Positions 18,690 to 27,918 of a DNA stretch of 64,000 nt are shown piece after piece. Within the stretch, counting starts at the first letter, position 1, and each line of letters begins with the position of its first letter. The stretch comes from Bdellovibrionales bacterium. GTDB taxonomy: Bacteria; Bdellovibrionota; Bdellovibrionia; Bdellovibrionales; Bdellovibrionaceae. The DNA lies in contig JANMPT010000024.1 in NCBI GenBank assembly GCA_031370005.1, positions 96,001 to 160,000 of the forward strand. The letters run 5' to 3'. Under the pieces are notes generated by a model. It ran no database searches. It was not told the DNA's origin and saw only the letters and a program-made list of their open reading frames with translations. The translations under genes were made by a program, and so were the position numbers.

Positions 18690-19301
18690 ATGTTGGCCGT
18701 TTTAAGACCTGTTCTCATTTCCGCTTTCAGTGTTTTTATATGTACTCAAGCTCTTGCATTTTCTCGTTTTGAGGGCGGAGTGAGCGGCGGTGGTGGAAAT
18801 GTTATTAATCCGGCACCTCCGGATCGAGCAGCCGATCATGAGGATGTAGAGCACATCGTAAAGGCTTCCGTGAGCTATACTTATTGGTACTTTAAGAGTG
18901 TTCAAGGTGATTATATTTCTGGTCAGATGAAGCCGGAACTCTCAGCGATTTTCACAAAAATTTTTGCTGGTGGCAAGGATTTCGAATCGGTTCTCACGAA
19001 AGTTCAGCCTGACGTTCAGGAAGAGGGGCCTTGCCACGACTTTGATTATAAGCCCGTTGATGCCAGTATTCGCAGTTCTAGAGCCAATAGTTTCTGTGTG
19101 AGCTCCTATGCAATTGCCAATAAGGTGAACTTTAAAGAAATTCCTATTCAATCAGCTGCGCTGATGGCTCATGAGTATTCAGAAATTATGGGACTCAATG
19201 AAGAGGAGGCAGTTTCCATTCAGAAGAATGCCATTGAGAGGATGAAGGCCTCAAATCTGCCGCCTCTTTCGGTTAACTTCGATGAATTCTGGCGGAAGTG
19301 A
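18690..19301 (+). CDS. Secreted hypothetical protein with GGVSGGGGN motif and HExxE (degenerate zincin-like)
   Basis: GGAGG RBS, signal peptide, Gly-rich motif after the cleavage site, LMAHEYSE. Confidence 0.65.
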   Translation: MLAVLRPVLISAFSVFICTQALAFSRFEGGVSGGGGNVINPAPPDRAADHEDVEHIVKASVSYTYWYFKSVQGDYISGQMKPELSAIFTKIFAGGKDFESVLTKVQPDVQEEGPCHDFDYKPVDASIRSSRANSFCVSSYAIANKVNFKEIPIQSAALMAHEYSEIMGLNEEEAVSIQKNAIERMKASNLPPLSVNFDEFWRK

Positions 19302-20349
19302 AAGAAACCCTAGCTTTGAGGGCTTTTACAGGATCCTTTTCACTTTCAAAGGTTTTACATTCTTCGAGGAATTTTTTAAAATCGCGTCCATTTTTTTCAT
19401 AGAGTTTTTCAAAATCGCTGAGATCTTGCATGTATGTGCGATAAACTAATAGACGCGCATTATTGATTTTAATATTTTGAAATTTTTTATAGGTTTCAGT
19501 TTTCAGCTGCGGAAGCACTTCTTTTTTGAAGTCTTCTTGCAGCTGAGAAAACTGCTGCTGGCGTTTGTCATCGCTTTGTTCGTTGGTTGGCAGGCTCTGA
19601 TACCAGGCTTCCATGTTTTTGAGTTTCACGCTTAACCACTCTGAGAATGTTCTATCATCCGCATTTTCATTTTTCACAGCGAAAAGTGTTGGTGAGTTGG
19701 GCCCTTCTTTTTTGAGGTAAAACAGCTCCGCACCTTTGTTGCCTATAAATACGGCCATGCGCTCATTGAATTCGGCTTCGTGCTTTATGTATAAGGTGGC
19801 GTGAACAGTTTCGTGGATAATCGTGTTGACTAGGTCATAGTCTTTGTATTGAAGCATCGAGGAGAGAAGCGGATCATTAAACCATCCAAGAGTAGAATAA
19901 GCGGCGACTCCACGCATATAAGTATCTAGATTTTGGTTTTCTTGTTTTAAAATTTCTTCTTCTTTTTTGGCATCGGCCTCATTGAAAAAACCTTTGTAGG
20001 GCATAGAGCCGACAATGGGAAAATGCCATTTGTAGGCTTCGAGTTTCCATTTTTGAGCCGCACTTACCACGTAAGTGACGTACGGACGATCGAGCGATAC
20101 AAAGCTGGAATAGTTTTTTGTCGACTTCAGGCTGAGTGATTGCTCGGCGAAGGCACGGGCCTCTTGTGCTAGTTGAATTTTTCTTTTTTGCGCCGCCGTG
20201 AGTTTTGGGTCTTTCAGTGCTTCCTCGATCGTCACTTGAGAGCTCATCATTGAAAATTGATTGTAGGCGGATTTTACAATGTAGTTGATTTGACAGGAAG
20301 ACAAGAGAACCGCACAGCCAGTTATGGCAGCAGTTTTTAGAATATCCAT
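19273..20349 (-). CDS. Putative aminopeptidase lipoprotein (zinc HExxH)
   Basis: Lipobox LSSC; WHFPIVGSMPYKGFF, AYSTLGWFNDP, IIHETVH, FNE. Confidence 0.88.
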   Translation of the reverse strand: MDILKTAAITGCAVLLSSCQINYIVKSAYNQFSMMSSQVTIEEALKDPKLTAAQKRKIQLAQEARAFAEQSLSLKSTKNYSSFVSLDRPYVTYVVSAAQKWKLEAYKWHFPIVGSMPYKGFFNEADAKKEEEILKQENQNLDTYMRGVAAYSTLGWFNDPLLSSMLQYKDYDLVNTIIHETVHATLYIKHEAEFNERMAVFIGNKGAELFYLKKEGPNSPTLFAVKNENADDRTFSEWLSVKLKNMEAWYQSLPTNEQSDDKRQQQFSQLQEDFKKEVLPQLKTETYKKFQNIKINNARLLVYRTYMQDLSDFEKLYEKNGRDFKKFLEECKTFESEKDPVKALKARVSFTSARIHRS

Positions 20350-20909
20350 GTCATACCTGCGGAAACCGCATCATCATTGGTCTTGGCGCCACCACCGATG
20401 GGCGTCTGCCAAACACTATAGCTTGCTTTAAGGCCAAAGGTCTCTGTGAGAGCAACCTTGAGCCCTAAACCATAACTAGGCGCCACAGCCACATCGGGTT
20501 CCAAAGTTTGTGTCGGAAAATTACCGTCTTTAATTTCTTGGCGTCGAGAAATTTGAGCTGCTCCACCTTTAATATATGGTTGAAAAAGAGCTTTCTTATC
20601 AGCAAAGACAATAATTAGATCCGCACCGATAATTTGAGTTTTTTGATAGATCGTTCGTGGAGTATCCACAGAGGAGCCCTGTTGTTTTTGAATTCCAATG
20701 GCTTCGGTGTAACTTAACTCTAAGGCAAGTTTTTCTGCAAAATAAAACGAAATAGAGCCGGTGGTGGACTCAGAGTCATAATTATTATTAGCATCGAAGC
20801 TTGTCTTTTTACGGCCATAGGTGAGACCCATTTCCGTGAACATTGCGTACGTGCTCAGCGGAAGTATTAACAGCATCAGAATCACTAGTGCTTGCAAAGT
20901 CTTTTTCAT
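20337..20909 (-). CDS. Small outer-membrane beta-barrel protein
   Basis: Signal peptide, amphipathic strands, QPYIKGG, C-terminal MTWIF. Confidence 0.8.
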   Translation of the reverse strand: MKKTLQALVILMLLILPLSTYAMFTEMGLTYGRKKTSFDANNNYDSESTTGSISFYFAEKLALELSYTEAIGIQKQQGSSVDTPRTIYQKTQIIGADLIIVFADKKALFQPYIKGGAAQISRRQEIKDGNFPTQTLEPDVAVAPSYGLGLKVALTETFGLKASYSVWQTPIGGGAKTNDDAVSAGMTWIF

Positions 20910-20974
20910 GCTCCCAGGATATCAAATTTTAGAATGAAAAATGAGGGGATTCGCCTCTAGACTGGAGCTAAGTC

Positions 20975-21814
20975 TTACTCTGAATAGACCAGGGACGAGG
21001 GCCTGAAGCTAACAGTAAAGCTATACTTCAGATGGATAAACCCATCAGCCTCGACTATGCCCTGAGGAGGGTTTGGGAACATGCCGGCGTCTTTAAAAGC
21101 CATGACAGCGGCTTGATCAAAGCGACTGATGCCGGACTCTTTGAGAATATGGGATGAGTGATAGCGGCCGTCTCGGGTAAGCCAGATGTCCACAGATGTG
21201 ATCCAGCTTCTGCGGCCAACTACGCCCAAGATATAACTGCGATCAAAAGAGTCCACGGCTTGGCGCACGCGGCTTTCCCAGCGAAATCGAACAAGCTCCT
21301 CAATGCGGGAGTAAAATGAATAATAAACATAACGATCTGTATTGAGGGCGGTGAAGTTGCCGATGGAAACATCTTGGGGCAAGGTCTCGCCAATTGTAGA
21401 GGGAGTGTTCTCAACACTCTGGGCATATGTTTTCAAGTTTTTCGCGATATCATTTCCTTCTGGATCATAAATTTTAGGGGATACTTTAGGAGAACTTTGC
21501 GAGGTGCTTCTGTTTTGTGTCATGCCAGAATTTATTGCTTGGGTTTCTTTGCGGACGTGTTGCTTTTCTGCAGAAAGAAAACGCGCGAGATCCGTATCAT
21601 CTTCTTTCAACTCTTGTTTTGGAGCTATTGCTTGGCGAACGATTTGACGCTGTAGTTTGCGCTTGGAAGGGCTCTTCGCAGAGGGCTTTTCCACTAAATC
21701 AATAGTGGTGATATCTTTAGGCTTTGGCTCAAAATAAGGCGCCCCCTTGTCCAAGATAAGGACCAACAGGAAGTGAATAGCGAAGCTAAGTATCAGGGCG
21801 CGTAATAAGCTCAT
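20975..21814 (-). CDS. TonB/TolA-like energy transducer
   Basis: N-terminal TM with SFAIH motif; C-terminal ESGISRFDQAAV...FPNPP. Confidence 0.82.
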   Translation of the reverse strand: MSLLRALILSFAIHFLLVLILDKGAPYFEPKPKDITTIDLVEKPSAKSPSKRKLQRQIVRQAIAPKQELKEDDTDLARFLSAEKQHVRKETQAINSGMTQNRSTSQSSPKVSPKIYDPEGNDIAKNLKTYAQSVENTPSTIGETLPQDVSIGNFTALNTDRYVYYSFYSRIEELVRFRWESRVRQAVDSFDRSYILGVVGRRSWITSVDIWLTRDGRYHSSHILKESGISRFDQAAVMAFKDAGMFPNPPQGIVEADGFIHLKYSFTVSFRPSSLVYSE

Positions 21815-21862
21815 CTTGTCTCACTATAGAACGAAGCTGGACCAAAATCCAAGTATGACAGC

Positions 21863-21889
21863 TAAAGTTGAAACAAATTCTGCCGAAAA
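21863..21889 (+). promoter_or_regulatory. Sigma28 (FliA) promoter
   Basis: TAAAG-N14-GCCGAAAA, near consensus, upstream of the PilZ gene. Confidence 0.7.
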
Positions 21890-21913
21890 GTGATTGTTGT
21901 CATCGGGGGTGTA

Positions 21914-22420
21914 ATGGCAAAAATAATAGACATCACAAGCCGGGTAAAGTCCCAGAATTCTTTAGAAAATAACAAATCTTCCAGCGCTCCGGTTGTAGAT
22001 ATGACGGCAGCGCGAGAAGAAATGCTAAATAAAGATCGACGAGAGGTGAAGCGTACAATCCTGACAGAGTTTGTTGGCGCGTACGCGGTTTTGCCGGAGA
22101 GAGGCCTTATGAAGGTGACTCTCTATGACATCTCGGAAAACGGGATTGCTTTTGATCTTGAGCTGCAAGAGGGCATGTACTTAGAGGGCGATGAGGTGGC
22201 TTTTAGAGTCTACCTGAACCACACCACATATTTTCCATTTACAGTGAAAGTGATTAAGTCTCGTCAGATGGATGACATGGGAGTGATTCGACATGGAGCC
22301 CAGTTCTTAAAGGGCACTGTGAACGATGTTGCGCTTCATCATTTTGTAAAGTTTATTGAAAATGTCAGCGCCGGCCTTTGTAAGGATGGTGGCGATATTC
22401 TTGTTTCGAATATTTCTTAG
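21914..22420 (+). CDS. PilZ-domain protein
   Basis: RREVKR (RxxxR) and DISENG (DxSxxG); start set at ATG 21914 after GGGGGT. Confidence 0.85.
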   Translation: MAKIIDITSRVKSQNSLENNKSSSAPVVDMTAAREEMLNKDRREVKRTILTEFVGAYAVLPERGLMKVTLYDISENGIAFDLELQEGMYLEGDEVAFRVYLNHTTYFPFTVKVIKSRQMDDMGVIRHGAQFLKGTVNDVALHHFVKFIENVSAGLCKDGGDILVSNIS

Positions 22421-22544
22421 CTTTATGATTCGGTTTTAATCCGGATTACTTCAAAGCTTTTCATGGACATTGGCCAGGCCTTATTGTCGAATAGACTTAG
22501 GGCTTGTTTCATTTTCGGAACGGGCCATCCATGGAGGGTAAAAG

Positions 22545-23867
22545 TTGAGCAAATCTAAGCGCAGAAAAATTGTCGTTGATACCAATGTCATTTTGTTTGA
22601 TGCCCAGGCGATTCTTCGTTTTGGCGAAGCTGATGTGCACATTCCAATATCCGTTATTGAAGAAATCGATAAATTCAAACGCGATCAAGGTGAGAACGGG
22701 CGAAACGCCCGGCAATTCAGTCGTTTTGTAGATGTGCTCAGGGCAAAAGGCTCTCTTGCTCAAGGTGTGCAACTTGATAACAGCGAAACCATGGTTTACA
22801 TCAGCACAGATTTGATGTTAGCGGGAATGCCACCAGAATTTGATCAAGTTAAGGCCGATAATAGAATTTTGAATACGGCCTTGGCTTTGCAAAAGCAACA
22901 TCCGCGGGTTAAAGTTGAGCTGATTACAAAAGATATTAATCTTCGTATCAAGGCAGATGTTTACGGCATCTTTGCAAAAGATTATGAGCCGACTGATGTT
23001 TCTCAAGAAGATATGTATGAAGGCTATCTTGAACTTGAAATTTCACCGGAAAAAATTGATCGTTTTTATAAAGACAAAAAATATGCTTACGAAGGAACTC
23101 AAAAGCTTTATGCGAATCAATATGTGATCATGAAGGATTCATCGAATCCAAATCACTCAGCGATCGGACGATATTCTCAAGCAGATTTGGCGATTGTACC
23201 CTTAATCAATCCCCCTGACAGTATCTGGGGTATTCATGCTCGCAACGTAGAGCAGGCTTTTGCGTTGGACAGTCTGTTGAATGACGAAATTCTTTTTGTC
23301 TCTTTGGTGGGCAAAGCCGGAACAGGCAAAACATTATTGGCGCTTGCGGCGGGGCTTTTTAAAACTTTGGACGAGGGCCGCTTTCAAAGATTGCTTGTGT
23401 CGCGCCCGATTTTTCCCATGGGAAAAGATATTGGTTACCTGCCGGGGGATATTGAGCAGAAGTTGAATCCATGGATGCAGCCTATTTTTGATAACGTGGA
23501 GTTCTTGATGGGGTCTGATAAGAAAGCATCAGGCCGCGCCCAGGAACTAATTAATCAAGGTATGCTTAATATTGAACCACTGACTTATATTCGTGGACGA
23601 AGTATTCCTAAGCAGTATTTGATTGTAGATGAAGCACAGAATTTAACCCCCCACGAGATTAAAACCATCGTGACCCGGGCAGGGCGTGGTACGAAGGTGA
23701 TTTTAACCGGGGACGTTTATCAGATCGATAATCCCTATGTTGACTCAGCAAATAGCGGGCTTACATATGCAGTGGAGAGATTTAAAGGACACCCGATAGC
23801 TGGGCATGTCACGTTAACCAAGGGTGAGCGCTCTGAGCTTGCTGAGTTGGCGGCAAATATTCTTTAG
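22545..23867 (+). CDS. PIN-PhoH (PhoH2/YlaK-like) ATPase
   Basis: VVDTNV PIN; GKAGTGKT Walker A; GYLPG, YIRGRS, VDEAQN. Confidence 0.93.
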   Translation: MSKSKRRKIVVDTNVILFDAQAILRFGEADVHIPISVIEEIDKFKRDQGENGRNARQFSRFVDVLRAKGSLAQGVQLDNSETMVYISTDLMLAGMPPEFDQVKADNRILNTALALQKQHPRVKVELITKDINLRIKADVYGIFAKDYEPTDVSQEDMYEGYLELEISPEKIDRFYKDKKYAYEGTQKLYANQYVIMKDSSNPNHSAIGRYSQADLAIVPLINPPDSIWGIHARNVEQAFALDSLLNDEILFVSLVGKAGTGKTLLALAAGLFKTLDEGRFQRLLVSRPIFPMGKDIGYLPGDIEQKLNPWMQPIFDNVEFLMGSDKKASGRAQELINQGMLNIEPLTYIRGRSIPKQYLIVDEAQNLTPHEIKTIVTRAGRGTKVILTGDVYQIDNPYVDSANSGLTYAVERFKGHPIAGHVTLTKGERSELAELAANIL

Positions 23868-23986
23868 TTTTATGATTTTCACCGGAAATATTTAAAATTG
23901 TGCTCTTTTTGCAACAGGCAAAGACTTGCCTGTTGCAGTTCTTTGTTCTTAATTAGGAACTTATTTAATGAGAAAGGCTCGCGCAG

Positions 23987-24403
23987 ATGACGTCCAACAA
24001 CAAAGGTAAAGACAGAGAAGTCGGATTTAAAGCAACTATGGAAGTGAAGGTGACTGATAAAATGGTTCGTCAATTTGCTGAAATGTCCGGCGATTTCAAC
24101 CCCATTCATCTTGATGATGACTTCGCAAAGTCCACGCGTTTCGGTCGTCGCATAGCTCATGGCATGATCCTGGGCGCGCTGATATCTCGTGCGCTCAATG
24201 AGCAGCTTGGTTCAGGAGGCGTCTATCTTGCGCAGAACTTAAAATTCGTAAACCCAGTTTTCATTGATGACACTGTTATTATTGAGCTAACTGTGACTGC
24301 CGTTCGCAAAGAAAAAGGCATTGCGAGCATAGACACGATAGCAAAAAAGAAAAGTGGAGAAACAGTTGTTAAGGGCGATGCCATTATCATGATGGCTCAA
24401 TAA
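23987..24403 (+). CDS. MaoC/PhaJ-family hotdog dehydratase
   Basis: SGDFNPIHLD...IAHG, FVNPV. Confidence 0.92.
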   Translation: MTSNNKGKDREVGFKATMEVKVTDKMVRQFAEMSGDFNPIHLDDDFAKSTRFGRRIAHGMILGALISRALNEQLGSGGVYLAQNLKFVNPVFIDDTVIIELTVTAVRKEKGIASIDTIAKKKSGETVVKGDAIIMMAQ

Positions 24404-24473
24404 CGCAAACGCACAATTCTCTTTTTGTTGCCTTCCATTCTGTCCCGACTAAAGTCGGCAATAGGGGGGGATT

Positions 24474-25811
24474 ATGAAAGCAAACATGTGGGCATTGGTA
24501 CTTATTGTTGTATTTGCAATAAAGGCACAAGCCACTCAGTTACCTTATGTGGATCAGGATTTTACCTGCGTTACTCAACAGCAAGCTCAGAAATATACCG
24601 ACGACTTTGGAATCGACACCGATTCTTTCGGTGGGGTCGAGCTTTGCAATAGCAGTGTGGATACCAAGAAGCTTTTCAATGATTTGCAAATTATTGAGCA
24701 AGGCCAATTTTCAGCTAATGGTGCGAATCTGTTAATCAAAGGCTTTGTTCCTGCGGATCAGTACTATTCTTGGATGAAAACTCAAACTCGCAGCATGAAT
24801 CGGGGAAACAATATTCCTTATGCAACGGCGTACAATAGCTGGGGCAATTTTACGATGCAGGATGGTTGGGCAAAACTTTCAACATTAGGCCGGGTTGGCA
24901 CGGTAATTCATGAAGCACGTCACACGGCAGGCTATCGTCATTACCCTTGTAACCAAGGCCCTTATATGGGAGCAAGCCTTGATGGTTGCGATCTAAGCTA
25001 TGCGCAAGCAGGCTCGCACGCTATTGAAATGGAATACTATGCACGAGTGACTGTTGCTGGGCAAAACTTCCATCCAGTATACAAAGCAATGGCACGCTTG
25101 ATGGCAATGGGCCGCTCTAGTTTTGTATTTAACACGTCACCAATTCAAAAACGCGAAGCAGTTCTTGCCATCGAAGAGCAAGCAGGGCCTGTGATGTTCG
25201 ATGGCTCACGTAAAGTACAAAGGGAAGCAAGTGACTTTGCTGGGCGCTTGAAGCGCACCTCATATGGGGCTGCATTGTTCAATGGTCTTCATGCAGTGGC
25301 TTTGGATCTTTATGAGCTAACTGGTTATCGTCCAAATATAAAAGATGACTACTCTTACTTTAAGCTTTTGGGTATGAGCCAAATGGCTCCTCTGAAAGAC
25401 TTTGAAGAATATGATCGTAATCAGAAACGTTACGTGGCGATCGTGACTTCCTCAAATCAACTTGCAACTTATAATTTCCCTCAGGGGGCTTGGAATTCTG
25501 CAACAACTTTACCGGTTGATGTAGAAAAAACTGCGAACACCTTGCCAAGTGGAGAGCAGGGTTACTTTTTAATCAACAATGGTGGCGATATATACTCTGT
25601 GAACGCCGACAATCAACAGGCGACATCCATGGGTAAAAAATGGGATTCGCAAGTTCAAAGTGCTGCGCAATTTGGCGGTAAAACCTTGCTATTAAAAAAC
25701 GACGGTAACATTTATCAGAAGAATACAGATGGGTCCGAAGTTGTATTTGATAGTGGAAAATACACACAGATGGTGAGTGTTCCGCTTTACGATGCCTTTG
25801 AGGTAAAGTAG
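24474..25811 (+). CDS. Secreted HExxH metallopeptidase-like protein with C-terminal beta-rich (propeller-like) domain
   Basis: Signal peptide, TVIHEARH, downstream AIEMEY, beta-strand repeats. Confidence 0.55.
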   Translation: MKANMWALVLIVVFAIKAQATQLPYVDQDFTCVTQQQAQKYTDDFGIDTDSFGGVELCNSSVDTKKLFNDLQIIEQGQFSANGANLLIKGFVPADQYYSWMKTQTRSMNRGNNIPYATAYNSWGNFTMQDGWAKLSTLGRVGTVIHEARHTAGYRHYPCNQGPYMGASLDGCDLSYAQAGSHAIEMEYYARVTVAGQNFHPVYKAMARLMAMGRSSFVFNTSPIQKREAVLAIEEQAGPVMFDGSRKVQREASDFAGRLKRTSYGAALFNGLHAVALDLYELTGYRPNIKDDYSYFKLLGMSQMAPLKDFEEYDRNQKRYVAIVTSSNQLATYNFPQGAWNSATTLPVDVEKTANTLPSGEQGYFLINNGGDIYSVNADNQQATSMGKKWDSQVQSAAQFGGKTLLLKNDGNIYQKNTDGSEVVFDSGKYTQMVSVPLYDAFEVK

Positions 25812-26473
25812 TGAAAAAACTTCAGGTTTTGTTGACCATTGGATTACTGGTGGCGGTGGGCAATACCTATCGTTATCTTAATCAAATTGAAAGCAATAAT
25901 CATTTAATGCGTGGTCCTGCGGCGATGAGGCCAGGATCTGCGGTAATACCAATGGTGGCAATTGGTAGTAAGCCAGTTTCCGCATCCCAGGAATTTTCTG
26001 CTTTGGTTAAAATTGAAGCCGATGCAATGTCTCAATTAAATGATCATCCTGAAGAAATTCAGAAGCGCCTTAAGGATCTTGCTAGCAAAATGAAAGAGAC
26101 CGATATTCCTGCGCTGCAAGAGACTGCTTTGAATACAGCATTAAATGGTGATCAAAGATTTTTATCGGTATATATTTTAGGTGAGAGTTCTTTACTAAAG
26201 GCCCAAGAAGGTCTCGAGACCATTGCCACTTCGCCGATTCCGGCCTTACACGATTCCCGCCTAATCAATCAGGAAGAGGTGATTCGTGGCCAAGCGGTGG
26301 AATCTCTTCGTCAACCCGAAAGTCTTAATCGTGTTTTGTCAAAAAGTGATAATGCCTTTATCACTGATCGAGCTCAGAGAAATATGCTCTACCGTCAGGG
26401 GAGGATTTCTTCGACTCCCGAGCAGCAGGATCAAGAGGCTCTGGCCCAGCTCCTAAAAAAAACGACTCACTAA
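25811..26473 (+). CDS. Membrane-anchored helical (HEAT-like) hypothetical protein
   Basis: N-terminal hydrophobic segment, RFLSVYILG and IRGQAVESL helices; coupled to the upstream gene. Confidence 0.55.
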   Translation: MKKLQVLLTIGLLVAVGNTYRYLNQIESNNHLMRGPAAMRPGSAVIPMVAIGSKPVSASQEFSALVKIEADAMSQLNDHPEEIQKRLKDLASKMKETDIPALQETALNTALNGDQRFLSVYILGESSLLKAQEGLETIATSPIPALHDSRLINQEEVIRGQAVESLRQPESLNRVLSKSDNAFITDRAQRNMLYRQGRISSTPEQQDQEALAQLLKKTTH

Positions 26474-26479
26474 AACAAG

Positions 26480-27079
26480 TTACTCTATGGGGTCCGAATT
26501 TTCTGCTTGGGCATTAACGCCTGTAAGCTTAAAAACTTTAATGGGCTTGTAAACTTGAAAAGGTGCTGAACCTAGACTTTCAAAAAGAATAATCTCGTGA
26601 ATCTCTATTTTTGCAAATTTCTTTCTTACAAAAGGCGACATCATATCTGTTGTTCTATGGGGGTTGCGAAGTCGGGCAATTGTTAAGTGGGGTGTGTAGT
26701 CTTGAATATCAGATTTATAACTGATGTGCTTCAGCTCCGCAGCCAATTGCTCTTGCAAATATCTGAGAGCCTTTGAGTTTTGGACCCCAAACCACAGGGT
26801 TCTAGAAGAGAATTCGTCAGGAAATGCGCCAATATTAGAAATTTTAAGACTAAATGGGGCAAAGTTTTTTGCGATACTTCCAGTGATCGTTTCTATTTCA
26901 TGAATTTTTTCCTCAGGTGTATTCCCAAGGAACACTAAGGTCACATGATAATTATCAATGTGGACCCAACGAACTTCGATTTGCTTTTGATCGGCATGCA
27001 TCTTGAGTTTTTTAACGACCTGGTGGGCAACTGTTTCCAGCCCGTTTTTCGCGGCAATTGCTAAAAAGAGTCTTCTCAT
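26480..27079 (-). CDS. thpR: RNA 2',3'-cyclic phosphodiesterase (2H family)
   Basis: RLFLA, HVTLVFLG and PHLTIAR motifs. Confidence 0.9.
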   Translation of the reverse strand: MRRLFLAIAAKNGLETVAHQVVKKLKMHADQKQIEVRWVHIDNYHVTLVFLGNTPEEKIHEIETITGSIAKNFAPFSLKISNIGAFPDEFSSRTLWFGVQNSKALRYLQEQLAAELKHISYKSDIQDYTPHLTIARLRNPHRTTDMMSPFVRKKFAKIEIHEIILFESLGSAPFQVYKPIKVFKLTGVNAQAENSDPIE

Positions 27080-27091
27080 TGCTATATCTTA

Positions 27092-27640
27092 TCATGAAAC
27101 TGAGGAGTAACTCAGATCTTTTGTAATTTGGTGGTAACGACTTTCAAGCCACAAAGATAGGGTTACCATAAAAGGATCCTGGATGTATTCACTTGCCAGG
27201 AGCATCCTGTGCCCGAACTCTTCAGCTGCTATGGGATCAAGACTGCGGTCCACTAGATCAGCAACTTTCTCAATTGCATAGAAATCCTCTTGGTTACGCT
27301 TAGATAGCTGAGGAAGCATTTCAAAGTAGTCGATGCAGACCTTTTTATCGATGGCGTTGATATCTGTAATAACATCTACCAGATTTGGAGCTTCATTTTT
27401 TGGAGCTTTTCCATAAAAATCAAAGAGCCGTTCTACAGGAAGTTTGCAGTGTGTATATTGGAATTTTGGCAAATTGGAATGAGAGGTAATCGTTTTTGAA
27501 TAGTCATGAAGGTATAAAAAATCCTGAAGAAAACTTTGGTTGAGGTTTGGGTATTGAGTTTTTGCGAGGGCCAATCCAAGCTTAACTACGCGTTCACGAT
27601 GGAGTTGGATATGGTGCTGAAATTCCATAAATGTTCTCAA
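27092..27640 (-). CDS. HD-domain-like protein
   Basis: HIQLH...LYLHDYSK...KVADLVD spacing typical of HD phosphohydrolases. Confidence 0.55.
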   Translation of the reverse strand: MRTFMEFQHHIQLHRERVVKLGLALAKTQYPNLNQSFLQDFLYLHDYSKTITSHSNLPKFQYTHCKLPVERLFDFYGKAPKNEAPNLVDVITDINAIDKKVCIDYFEMLPQLSKRNQEDFYAIEKVADLVDRSLDPIAAEEFGHRMLLASEYIQDPFMVTLSLWLESRYHQITKDLSYSSVS

Positions 27641-27688
27641 GAGTTATTTGCTCCCATTACATACATGTGTATTGTTGCTTGATACCAA

Positions 27689-27704
27689 AGCAATTTGGCG
27701 ACCG
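27689..27704 (-). promoter_or_regulatory. Candidate sigma54 promoter for the HD-like gene
   Basis: CGGTCGCCAAATTGCT: GG-N10-GC with TTGC. Confidence 0.4.
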
Positions 27705-27858
27705 TAAAAAAATCCCGTGGAAGGTCGTTTAAATCGAGGCCATACATCTGCATTGACGAATTTGGTCTGCAGGGCTGTATGTAGAGGCCTAAAATAGGCC
27801 TCTGTCGATGTTTAAGACAGTCAGTGCCTGCTGTTACTAGCTAAATGTGATTAGATCC

Positions 27859-27874
27859 TGGCATTGGCTGTGCA
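27859..27874 (+). promoter_or_regulatory. Candidate sigma54 promoter for the 27919 gene
   Basis: TGGCATTGGCTGTGCA: TGGCA...GC with exact GG-N10-GC spacing. Confidence 0.5.
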
Positions 27875-27918
27875 GCCTTGGACCTGGATCATATAGTACG
27901 TTCAAAAGGAGTTCTTTT

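Noticed and set aside
22545..23867. PIN domain as a toxin-antitoxin or defence system
   Set aside because: Ordinary PIN-PhoH fusion with no adjacent antitoxin
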